This document shows, piece by piece, positions 17,165-24,873 of a DNA stretch of 64,000 nucleotides (position 1 is the stretch's first letter; every line of letters starts with the position of its first letter). A program made the position numbers and the translations under genes. The stretch comes from a virus (Duplodnaviria > Caudoviricetes), in the IMG/VR virus record IMGVR_UViG_3300005611_000021, positions 743-64,742 of that record. One strand, written 5' to 3'. A model generated the notes under the pieces. It was not told the origin of the DNA. It worked only from the letters and a program-made list of their open reading frames with translations, and did not search any database.

Positions 17165-17209
17165 AAATTCGGCCACCCACCCAACGGCCACCCACCCAAC
17201 GAGCGATTA
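17165..17209. repeat. Conserved intergenic element, copy C (internal 15-bp duplication)
   Basis: aaattc(ggccacccacccaac)x2 gagcgatta. Confidence 0.7.
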
Positions 17210-17860
17210 CTTGCCGAAAACTACGGCGTCGAAGAACTTCGCGAGGAAGCAACGCTTATCTTCGCCATTGCTCTTGGCCGCCACGATGGCTGTGGACTTT
17301 TTGGCTTTGGCTTCCTTCGCCTTGGCTTCCTTCGCCTTGGCTTCCTTCGCTTTGATGCGTCTATCTAAGCGTGAGCCTGGCCGCACGGGGGCAGAGTTTT
17401 TGATCGCCTCTGCCTTGGCGTAGGTATCTGGGTCAACCTCGACCTTGGTGGCGTTTCCGTTACGCGGAATGTAGCTGTGTGGCTTGCGACCACTAATGCG
17501 TTTTCCCGTGGTTTTGTCGAGGCAGGCTTCGCCGTCTACGGTGGCGTTGCGCTTGATTACGACTCCCTGAATTGGTTTGTCTCCAACGGAGAACTTGCGA
17601 CCTGTGATCTCGATCGCTGCGGCAATCGTGGCTTGCGAGGGGGAGTCACCTATCGCAAGCATGATCGGTAGTGGTTTTTGTTGCGCGGATGCAATCGCGA
17701 AAGAGCCAAGCGTACGGAGGAAAACTCCGTTTTTTGGGATCTCTACGGTATTCGCAAGTTTGTTGATTTCCTTGCGAAAGGCATCCCGTGTGATCGGGAC
17801 GATTGTCATAGTTTTCACGGTTGCGGTTTTTTGTGCGTTTTTGTGTGTACGTTTAGACAT
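17207..17860 (-). CDS. Basic Lys/Ala-rich protein with AKEAK repeats (possibly DNA-binding)
   Basis: 217 aa; first gene of the leftward arm. Confidence 0.7.
   Translation of the reverse strand: MSKRTHKNAQKTATVKTMTIVPITRDAFRKEINKLANTVEIPKNGVFLRTLGSFAIASAQQKPLPIMLAIGDSPSQATIAAAIEITGRKFSVGDKPIQGVVIKRNATVDGEACLDKTTGKRISGRKPHSYIPRNGNATKVEVDPDTYAKAEAIKNSAPVRPGSRLDRRIKAKEAKAKEAKAKEAKAKKSTAIVAAKSNGEDKRCFLAKFFDAVVFGK
17306..17354. repeat. 15-bp tandem repeat x3 encoding AKEAK
   Basis: (t/c)ttggcttccttcgc repeated. Confidence 0.85.
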
Positions 17861-18010
17861 GGCATTTTTCCTTTTTTAGGTTTCGGTTAATGGGCGAATC
17901 GCCTGTGCCGCAGGTGACTCCCCCGTGAGAGTTGGAGACTTACGCTTGTTGTGCGTGTCTGTGTAGGAAGTTTTCCTTCGTACACCCAAGGTCTATCTTG
18001 GCCTGAATCC

Positions 18011-18019
18011 ATTATAGCA
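18011..18019 (-). promoter_or_regulatory. Extended -10 sigma70-type promoter for the leftward arm
   Basis: Minus strand reads TGcTATAAT in the divergent intergenic region, about 150 nt upstream of 17860. Confidence 0.55.
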
Positions 18020-18164
18020 TCCCCTGCAATCCCTTTCTATCACTGGCCTCGTCGCCTCTTTGAGTGGTCAAAATATAACTAATAAGCTTAACTAAGCATA
18101 AGTCAAATTCCTGAAAACTGCGCGTTTTGGCCTTGACTGGGAGAGGCCCGATTTATGTATAACT

Positions 18165-18788
18165 ATGTGTATGCCGGACACCAAATGGGCGAAAGAAATC
18201 CTCGAGCGTGCCGACCGCGGGGAAAAAATACCAAAAGCTGATCTTCAGAAGGCCAGTGACATCCTCCATGATGAACTGAGTGAGACGGCCGCCAAATCAA
18301 AGACCCTTCCCTCTAGGGCAAAGAACCAAACCGTCCTCGCGGAATGCCTTGGCCTGGAACGCAAAACGATTCAGCGCTGGAAGAAGGACAACCCGGATAC
18401 TTTCCCCAGGCCAAAGGCGAACGGGTCCTATGATGTGGATGCCGTCATCAAGTGGATGGATGCCAATGGGAAGTCAGCTCCGAATGTACCCGCTGGGGGT
18501 GAAGGTCTCGAGGAAGGCGAATCGATTGTTTCCCTCAAGATGCGCCAGCTCCGGCTGATGTGCGAGAAATTGGAGCATGAGCTCTCCGTAAAGAAAGGGG
18601 AATACACCGCGAATGTGGATGTTGAGCAATGGGTCGGGAATATGGTGTCAGAAGCCAAATCCATCCTGCTCCGGATTCCATCCAAGGCCGCTCCGATACT
18701 CGCGGGTATGTCTCCTGCTGAGATCGAGGACTACCTGAAGGAATGCGTCGACGAAGCCCTGGCGAAGCTTCATAATGCCAGCAGTTGA
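18165..18788 (+). CDS. terS: Terminase small subunit (lambda Nu1-like)
   Basis: HTH LAECLGLERKTIQRWKK, GSYDVDAVIKW, C-terminal coiled coil and LLRIPSKAAP region. Confidence 0.8.
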   Translation: MCMPDTKWAKEILERADRGEKIPKADLQKASDILHDELSETAAKSKTLPSRAKNQTVLAECLGLERKTIQRWKKDNPDTFPRPKANGSYDVDAVIKWMDANGKSAPNVPAGGEGLEEGESIVSLKMRQLRLMCEKLEHELSVKKGEYTANVDVEQWVGNMVSEAKSILLRIPSKAAPILAGMSPAEIEDYLKECVDEALAKLHNASS

Positions 18789-18948
18789 CACCCTTGTTCC
18801 GTTTATGGTTGAACTACCACCATTCGGAAACTCACCTTTTCCAGAAACCTGTGAATCCTGCAACACCCAGAAGCTTTGTGCAAGGAAAGCCAAGTGTCTC
18901 CTCAATGTTCGGCACGCCTTCTCGGAGTTGACACAACATCCAAAGAAT

Positions 18949-19395
18949 ATGAATCCACTCGCATCTCGTTTAATCGCCCTCGATGAGGGACTTGATGAAA
19001 TTATCGCTTCCCGTGCGGAACGCCTCCATGGGGATCTTGAATTTGCCCGTGGTGAAGAAGAAGGCCGCCGTAAGGGTGGAGGCTTTGCCGCTGGTGCGGG
19101 TACCGCAGCCGCCTTGCTTGCAGGTGGGAAATTTGCTCACTCTGCCGGAAAGCGTTACAAGAAAATCCGTAAACGCAACCCGGATGGTGGAAGAATGAAA
19201 GCTGCCGGACAAGCAACAAAGGATGTCGGAAGACTTTGGGGCCATAAAGTTGGATCTGCTACTCGAGCTGGTGTCCGTAAAGCAAAGGATCTTGCTGGAA
19301 AGCCAGGACAGATGGTGGATGACTTCAAGACACGGCGTGAATATCGTCAAGCATTCAAGAGAATACGCGACGAGAAGGTTTCCGCTTCTTCTTAA
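18949..19395 (+). CDS. Basic Gly-zipper protein with LEF leader (in-frame upstream ATG at 18805 also possible)
   Basis: MNPLASRLIALDEGLDE...DLEFARG; GFAAGAGTAAALLAGG. Confidence 0.75.
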   Translation: MNPLASRLIALDEGLDEIIASRAERLHGDLEFARGEEEGRRKGGGFAAGAGTAAALLAGGKFAHSAGKRYKKIRKRNPDGGRMKAAGQATKDVGRLWGHKVGSATRAGVRKAKDLAGKPGQMVDDFKTRREYRQAFKRIRDEKVSASS

Positions 19396-19418
19396 TCTAA
19401 TCTCAATCTTTCAAAACT

Positions 19419-19754
19419 ATGAATTCCGCAGAACGACTTATCTCTCTTGAGGCTCAACTTGATGAGGCTCTTGAATTTGAAAACTACGCTGAACCAAAGC
19501 GCCATCAAGGTGATGGTGGCCCACGAGCAGCAACCATTCTTGCCGGGGGTGCTGGACTTGCTGCCGCTGGTAAGGTTGGATATGATGTCCACAAGCGCTA
19601 CAAGAAGCTTCGTAAGGCATCTGCCGACAAACGTATTCCTGACTTAGGCGTTCGTGGGTCTCTTCAATCTGCGGGCAAACAGACTGCCAAAGCTTACAAA
19701 AAGGGTATTGGTCGTCGAGTTCGTGCCCTCAAGGGTGTTTTCACTGGTAAGTAA
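19419..19754 (+). CDS. Basic Gly-zipper protein with LEF leader
   Basis: MNSAERLISLEAQLDEALEFEN; ILAGGAGLAAAG. Confidence 0.8.
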   Translation: MNSAERLISLEAQLDEALEFENYAEPKRHQGDGGPRAATILAGGAGLAAAGKVGYDVHKRYKKLRKASADKRIPDLGVRGSLQSAGKQTAKAYKKGIGRRVRALKGVFTGK

Positions 19755-20368
19755 TGCCAACTGACCCCCAGGCTGATTCCCTGGAAAAGCGCCGTGACCG
19801 TTGGAAGCGTCGCCGGAAGCAGGGAGCCGCACAGTCTCGAGGCCGCAATAATGGTTTCGGGTCTGTGAAGTTTAATCCACAACCGACCAAAAGCGATGAG
19901 GGGATCACCTACCATAGCGAGCGGCATCAAAGGCTTGTGGAGCTCGGGGAGGTCCATGGCCGATCTTTAATACAGTTTGCAGGTGCAGCAAAGCTAAGGA
20001 AGATTCGCCGGAAGAATCCTCACCGAGAGAGACATCTCATTGAGCACCGAGAAAATCGGATTCGAAAAAACATCGGGAATAAATCGTATTATCAGGATAT
20101 AGCGAATGCTGATATTACCTCTCGAGTGACAACAGCAAACGGGGGCATAAACCCTGATGTGGCAATAGATAACCTTCTGAAAAGAAAAGCTGAAGCCGCA
20201 GCTTATGCTAAAAAGCATGGCCTTTCTGGTGGCGGGTCTCGTGGCCTTTCAAGTGATGATCGTGAAGCATGGCACAACAAGAATGTACTCATCCACTCAC
20301 GTACATCAAAATTTGGCCCAAACCCCCGTAATCACAAAAGAAAAGGCGTTCGGGGGCATCGCCAATAA
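19754..20368 (+). CDS. Basic protein (IQFA variant motif)
   Basis: RLVELGEVHGRSLIQFAG; K/R-rich. Confidence 0.7.
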   Translation: MPTDPQADSLEKRRDRWKRRRKQGAAQSRGRNNGFGSVKFNPQPTKSDEGITYHSERHQRLVELGEVHGRSLIQFAGAAKLRKIRRKNPHRERHLIEHRENRIRKNIGNKSYYQDIANADITSRVTTANGGINPDVAIDNLLKRKAEAAAYAKKHGLSGGGSRGLSSDDREAWHNKNVLIHSRTSKFGPNPRNHKRKGVRGHRQ

Positions 20369-20393
20369 CTTTAATGCAGGGCATCTTGCAATC

Positions 20394-20464
20394 GGAGAAT
20401 GAATACAGGGGAAGCTCACCGGCGCGACGCGCCGAGGGGCTTTTTCTGTTATAGGACCCCAACC
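20394..20464. repeat. Direct repeat copy 1 (71 nt; long hairpin plus duplicate of terL 3' end)
   Basis: About 5 differences from the copy at 20822-20891. Confidence 0.9.
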
Positions 20465-20794
20465 ATGAAAGATCGAATTATCGCCCTAGAGGAGAAGCTT
20501 GATGACGCTCTTGAGTTTAGCTCCGCGGCATGGACTCGTAAAGAAGGCAAGCGTGAATCCGGTGGATTGAACCAAAAAGGCGTAGAGAGTTATCGTAAGG
20601 AGAATCCAGGTAGCAAACTCAAAACCGCAGTCACACGAGATCCAAAAAAACTAAAAAAAGGTGGTAAGGCAGCAAAGCGAAGAGCATCATTTTGCGCCCG
20701 CATGAAGGGGATGAAGAAACGGAGAACTAGTGCAAAGACTGCCAATGATCCAAATTCAAGAATCAACAAGAGCCTACGGGCATGGAACTGCTAA
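20465..20794 (+). CDS. DUF6321-like basic protein with LEF leader
   Basis: MKDRIIALEEKLDDALEF then AAWTRKEG...RRASFCARM...SRINKSLRAWNC, recalled from T4-like cyanophage proteins. Confidence 0.75.
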   Translation: MKDRIIALEEKLDDALEFSSAAWTRKEGKRESGGLNQKGVESYRKENPGSKLKTAVTRDPKKLKKGGKAAKRRASFCARMKGMKKRRTSAKTANDPNSRINKSLRAWNC

Positions 20795-20821
20795 GTGACC
20801 CCGACCCTTTTGCTTTTAGCT

Positions 20822-20891
20822 GGAGAATGAATACAGGGAAGCCCACCGGCGCGTCGTGCCGAGGGGCTTTTCCTGTTATAGGACCCCAACC
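20822..20891. terminator. Direct repeat copy 2; likely bidirectional terminator at the terL 3' end
   Basis: acaggg-aagccc...gggctt-ttcctgt hairpin between convergent genes. Confidence 0.7.
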
Positions 20892-22651
20892 GTCCCGGTG
20901 ATGAGTGCCCCAGTAAGGATCATGCACTCACAGTCCCAGTAGTGATTTGGGCGGCGAGGTTTGTTCACCCAGATGTATTTCACGCGGCCATGGGTGTCTA
21001 CAATTTCCTCGCGGCGCTCTGCGTTCATCTGGTCGATGTAGTCAATGGTGACGTTCTCCGGGAGTTGCCAGGGCGGACCCAGACCTTGCCTGTATTCCGC
21101 GAGTAAATCCTTGATGGAAGGATTGGAAAATACGAATAAGCGAACCGGCCGAACCATGCCTTGCATAGAGGTTCCCAACGCTGGATCGATGAGGGTGTCT
21201 TTCCAGACTTGGCGGACTCCATCGACATTGAAGTATTCGAAGTCATCCCCCTTCATCGGCTTCCATGTATAGCCAGATTTCGTCACCTCATCATAAACTG
21301 AGGTCGCGTTGTATCCCGAGTCAATGATGACATCATCATCTTCAATCCCGAGAGTCGGCAAGAGTTCTCGCAGCTCGGAGAAGCCTGGGAGCCGTCCATA
21401 GTCCATAAGGCGACTGGCTCCATGTGTCCCGAATGCCCGACAAACATAGTAGAGGCAATCCTTCTGGACATCCACCCCGATAAACCGCCGCTTCTCTCCC
21501 TCCCAGTGATCCCGGAGTTTGAAGCTTCCCTTGCGATCATTTTCCCATTTGGCGGATTTGCCATACTTCAGGCGATCTTCCCAAGGCTGACCAAGGGATT
21601 CTGTCACAAAGGTCTTCAGGGGCTCAGGATCGCCCCATGAGAGAGCTTTCTTGGATGAGATGAATTCCTCAACCAAATCCCGCCATGCGACCCATGTGGG
21701 AAGGATCGCATTCCATGTGAAGGATTTTCTGTTGGATGGCGCCTCAAGGTTGGTCGGTACCCATTCGCCATCCATAGCGAGGCGGCGACGATCCCGTGGA
21801 TGGTCATAGATCTTGTGACCACATTTGGAGCATTGGATGTGAATGGTGGGGGCGAGTTTATCAAAGTCATAACGGCCGCCTGGTTTCGTATGATCGTTCG
21901 TCTCCCATTTCATGAAGAAGCCATCTTCTGCCCCCATTGAAAAATCCTCACTCCATAGAAGAGAATTTTCATTTCCGCACTGGGGGCAGGGGATCTTCCA
22001 TACCTGTTGATCGCCTTTGAGAAATTCCTGATGAACCGCATCATGCTCATCCCCTGGAGTTGAAATCACCACCTGCCGGGCGTTCCAGAAAGTTCGGCAC
22101 CGCTTGAGCACCATTGGTAGTGCTCCGGGAGGCCAGTTTCGGACCTCATCAAGTAGAAGCCAGCGCCGGGGCTTGGATTGGAGTTTCGAGGGTGCGTTGG
22201 ACCCGACAATCTCCAGGGTCATGTGTGGAAAAAAGATTTCCTTGGATTTGGCAAGCCCCCGGTCGTTGGGGATCATGTAGGCAACAGGCTCACACGCCCG
22301 GAGAGAGGGCATCATCCGTTCCTTGGCAAACTTGAGGGCTTCATCCTCATTGGCCGTCACCCACATGGCAGGCCCAGGATCTTCCGCAACCAACCAGTTG
22401 AGGAGTGCGAGCATGGTTTCCGTTTTGGCTGACTGAGCAGAACACATCACGGAGATGGAGCGAATCTTGTTGTCGGCGAAGGTCTCCATAAACTTCCGCA
22501 CCCAGGGAGAATTATCTGATCTCCATTTTCCGGGGAAAGGGGATACCGCAACCCGAAAGTGATCTTCTGCCCATTTCCAAGGTGGCCGCCGGTCTGCTGG
22601 CTTCCAACCAAGACTCGCTGCTCGACTCACGATGTTCATATCAGCTTCCAA
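20876..22651 (-). CDS. terL: Terminase large subunit (lambda GpA family)
   Basis: SPFPGKWRSDNSPW, Walker A SAQSAKTE, Walker B LLLDE, CPQC zinc motif, nuclease GVDVQ and NHYWDC. Confidence 0.95.
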   Translation of the reverse strand: MEADMNIVSRAASLGWKPADRRPPWKWAEDHFRVAVSPFPGKWRSDNSPWVRKFMETFADNKIRSISVMCSAQSAKTETMLALLNWLVAEDPGPAMWVTANEDEALKFAKERMMPSLRACEPVAYMIPNDRGLAKSKEIFFPHMTLEIVGSNAPSKLQSKPRRWLLLDEVRNWPPGALPMVLKRCRTFWNARQVVISTPGDEHDAVHQEFLKGDQQVWKIPCPQCGNENSLLWSEDFSMGAEDGFFMKWETNDHTKPGGRYDFDKLAPTIHIQCSKCGHKIYDHPRDRRRLAMDGEWVPTNLEAPSNRKSFTWNAILPTWVAWRDLVEEFISSKKALSWGDPEPLKTFVTESLGQPWEDRLKYGKSAKWENDRKGSFKLRDHWEGEKRRFIGVDVQKDCLYYVCRAFGTHGASRLMDYGRLPGFSELRELLPTLGIEDDDVIIDSGYNATSVYDEVTKSGYTWKPMKGDDFEYFNVDGVRQVWKDTLIDPALGTSMQGMVRPVRLFVFSNPSIKDLLAEYRQGLGPPWQLPENVTIDYIDQMNAERREEIVDTHGRVKYIWVNKPRRPNHYWDCECMILTGALITGTVGVL

Positions 22652-23577
22652 TTCAGACGTGATCCGGAATGATGGCCGTCCTTATACATGTTGCTCTTGT
22701 TCTTCCTGGTTCCCCCGAGCGTTAGGTGGTAGAATAGTTTGGCTTGGGGATTGATGCAATAATCTACCACATGCTTGAATGATGAACAGATGCAATGGAT
22801 CTCATCCGCACCTTCAAGGAGTTCCAGATAGTCGAAGATGTTGCCCGTTTTACTGAAATCCGGCTTGATGATCTCGAGACCTTCCCCCACATGGGTCCGG
22901 TTGATGTAATACCTTCGTTTGTCACACTCATGGAGGAATGCGTAGGGTTTTGTCGGTTTTGTCTGGTTTGTCAGATAGGCTTCCCGCACTCTGTCTCTTT
23001 TGAGGTGAAATTTCGTCCATCTCTGTTTCGGGTCCATTCCTACCAGCATGTAGAAGCATTCATCGAAAGAGAAATGTGGCCAATACCTTGTTACCGCACT
23101 GCCTCCTATGAGTACCCGTTCATTCTCCGGGAGTTCATTGAAGTAAAGGCGTGGTTTGGTGAATGCTTTGATTTTGATATCCGTATCCCGGTACATGAAG
23201 CGGATGGATTCCTCATACTTCGGGAGACACAAGAGAGTCGTGTCGTGTGTCTTGGCGAAATTTCTCACCAATGCGTTGCAGATGATGGAGTCTCCCATCC
23301 CCCAGTTGTGTAGAATCGTGATCTTTTCATCCGGGAGTCTCTTGTTCGGGTGTGGGATGGATTTAATCATCTTCCGGAATCTGGTCCATTCCGAGCCTCC
23401 CTTGTTCGATTCCATCTTGATTTGAGTCTGGATCACTGGATCGAGATTGTGCCAAATTTCCCTCAATGTCGGGATGAGTTGAGATTGTGCCCCCGTATGC
23501 TTTTGAAGTGCATATCTCATTGCAAAAAGGTAGGGGGCGCTTTTGGTGTAACTAAGTTTCATCTCTCGCGTGCGCAT
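22636..23577 (-). CDS. Glycosyltransferase-like protein (GT-B, GMGD motif)
   Basis: HNWGMGDSIICNALVR; GADEIHCICSSF. Confidence 0.6.
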   Translation of the reverse strand: MRTREMKLSYTKSAPYLFAMRYALQKHTGAQSQLIPTLREIWHNLDPVIQTQIKMESNKGGSEWTRFRKMIKSIPHPNKRLPDEKITILHNWGMGDSIICNALVRNFAKTHDTTLLCLPKYEESIRFMYRDTDIKIKAFTKPRLYFNELPENERVLIGGSAVTRYWPHFSFDECFYMLVGMDPKQRWTKFHLKRDRVREAYLTNQTKPTKPYAFLHECDKRRYYINRTHVGEGLEIIKPDFSKTGNIFDYLELLEGADEIHCICSSFKHVVDYCINPQAKLFYHLTLGGTRKNKSNMYKDGHHSGSRLNWKLI

Positions 23578-23715
23578 GTTCCCCTAAAGGGGAATTGGAT
23601 TTTTGTTTTATTTGATTTTTCTGGTCATTTTTGTTGGTTCAATGGTATGGAAGGGGTGCTAACGCCCTTCCCTTCCAACCACCAAATACGATTTGGACTT
23701 GTCCCAAGGCATGAC

Positions 23716-24213
23716 CTAAAGAGATTCGTAGATATCAAGGATGGGTTTGAGTGATTTTTTGAGAGTTCGACGTTCATCTGGACTCATCTTCTCGATGGGA
23801 GTTTTTGAAATCCCCTTCTTCCAATACTGATCCATCTTCATCGCCATCATCGGAAGGGATTCCATTCGCTTGTCGGTGAGTTTCGCTTGGTAGGTGGATT
23901 TCTTTCCATCATGGTCGATCCCGAGGCATTGACGGATGGAGGTGAACTTTCCGGAATCCAGATCAATTTCCCCGGATTCACATTTCCTGAACAGGGCGAT
24001 GTATTGGTATGCGGTTTTTCTCTTAAAGTTGAGGTTTTCCTCAATCCACTTCGGGAAGCTCTCCACTTCCGCTTGTACTTGTGCTAGGATCTCTCCTGCT
24101 TTTACAAAATACCGAAGGCTTCCCTTCATGGTCTGGACCCCTTCAGCATGGGCGTTCTTGATTTCAGTAGCTCGATTATCACCTCCGAGCGAGAGGGCAT
24201 TTTCAAACGTCAT
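23716..24213 (-). CDS. DUF3102-like protein
   Basis: AGEILAQVQ...FPKWIEENLNFKRKTAYQYIALF. Confidence 0.65.
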   Translation of the reverse strand: MTFENALSLGGDNRATEIKNAHAEGVQTMKGSLRYFVKAGEILAQVQAEVESFPKWIEENLNFKRKTAYQYIALFRKCESGEIDLDSGKFTSIRQCLGIDHDGKKSTYQAKLTDKRMESLPMMAMKMDQYWKKGISKTPIEKMSPDERRTLKKSLKPILDIYESL

Positions 24214-24619
24214 GGTGTCTCCTTAGTGCGGATTTTCGGTAGTTCTCACAAGCTTCCAGGGATTTTTGACCTGAACAGATAGGTAAGTCGAATTCCTTCT
24301 GGAAACGCTTGATCGATTTGGAAAGAGCTTGTTTGGTTACACCATGATCTTCGGCGATCTCTTTTTGGGTCTTGCCATGGAATAAAGGCAAACCGAATGC
24401 CTGGACGATGGCAGCGAGCTTGAGCCGGTAGTTGTGCGAGTCATAGATCAGGGCAATTATCTTCGTCAGGGCATCTTGTGTCTCCTGTCGTGCGAGCTCT
24501 TTGACAAGCTCTTGGATTTCCATTGGTAAATCAGAAATCTCCTCTATTGACCTTTCATTGGTTTCCTCTACGGAATCATAGTCGAAACCAACACTTCCCT
24601 CTTCTAACGGTGTTGACAT
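24203..24619 (-). CDS. HTH protein (sigma70 region 4-like)
   Basis: KTQKEIAEDHGVTKQALSKSIKRF. Confidence 0.7.
   Translation of the reverse strand: MSTPLEEGSVGFDYDSVEETNERSIEEISDLPMEIQELVKELARQETQDALTKIIALIYDSHNYRLKLAAIVQAFGLPLFHGKTQKEIAEDHGVTKQALSKSIKRFQKEFDLPICSGQKSLEACENYRKSALRRHHDV
24612..24618 (+). promoter_or_regulatory. GTTGACA motif
   Basis: 22 nt before ATG 24634; overlaps the start codon of the divergent HTH gene. Confidence 0.55.
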
Positions 24620-24633
24620 GATTATTTGGTGTT

Positions 24634-24873
24634 ATGAGCGTAAACGATTGGAGAATTGCTTATCGCATGTATTCAAGTCAAGAGCTTGACGAGGAACGTG
24701 CAAGGCTAAAAGAGGAGGCAAAGAATGCGTTGCTGTCTCAGTCAGCGGGGTCTCGGAGTTACACAAGGTCGGTCACACAGATCAACCAACAACTCCGAGC
24801 GCTTGCGGAAGTAGTTGACGAAAACAATGGTGTATCCAACATGGCTTCCACATACGTTGATTTCTCACAATGA
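24634..24873 (+). CDS. Head-to-tail joining protein (gpW-like)
   Basis: 79 aa directly before portal; SQSAGSRSYTR hairpin flanked by helices. Confidence 0.7.
   Translation: MSVNDWRIAYRMYSSQELDEERARLKEEAKNALLSQSAGSRSYTRSVTQINQQLRALAEVVDENNGVSNMASTYVDFSQ

Noticed and set aside
17207-17860. HU/IHF homologue
   Set aside because: Only the short FLRTLGSF resembles the HU GFGTF motif; the rest does not fit.
20399-20464. Longer start (MNTGEAH...) for the DUF6321-like gene
   Set aside because: The extension runs through the hairpin repeat; ATG 20465 gives the family-typical leader.
17165-20891. CRISPR array or DGR suggested by the repeats
   Set aside because: No regularly spaced repeat-spacer units, no reverse transcriptase, and no adenine-specific mismatch pattern between copies.
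20876-24634. Actively invertible segment around terL
   Set aside because: No inverted repeats found at the boundaries and no invertase gene; treated as a fixed inversion.
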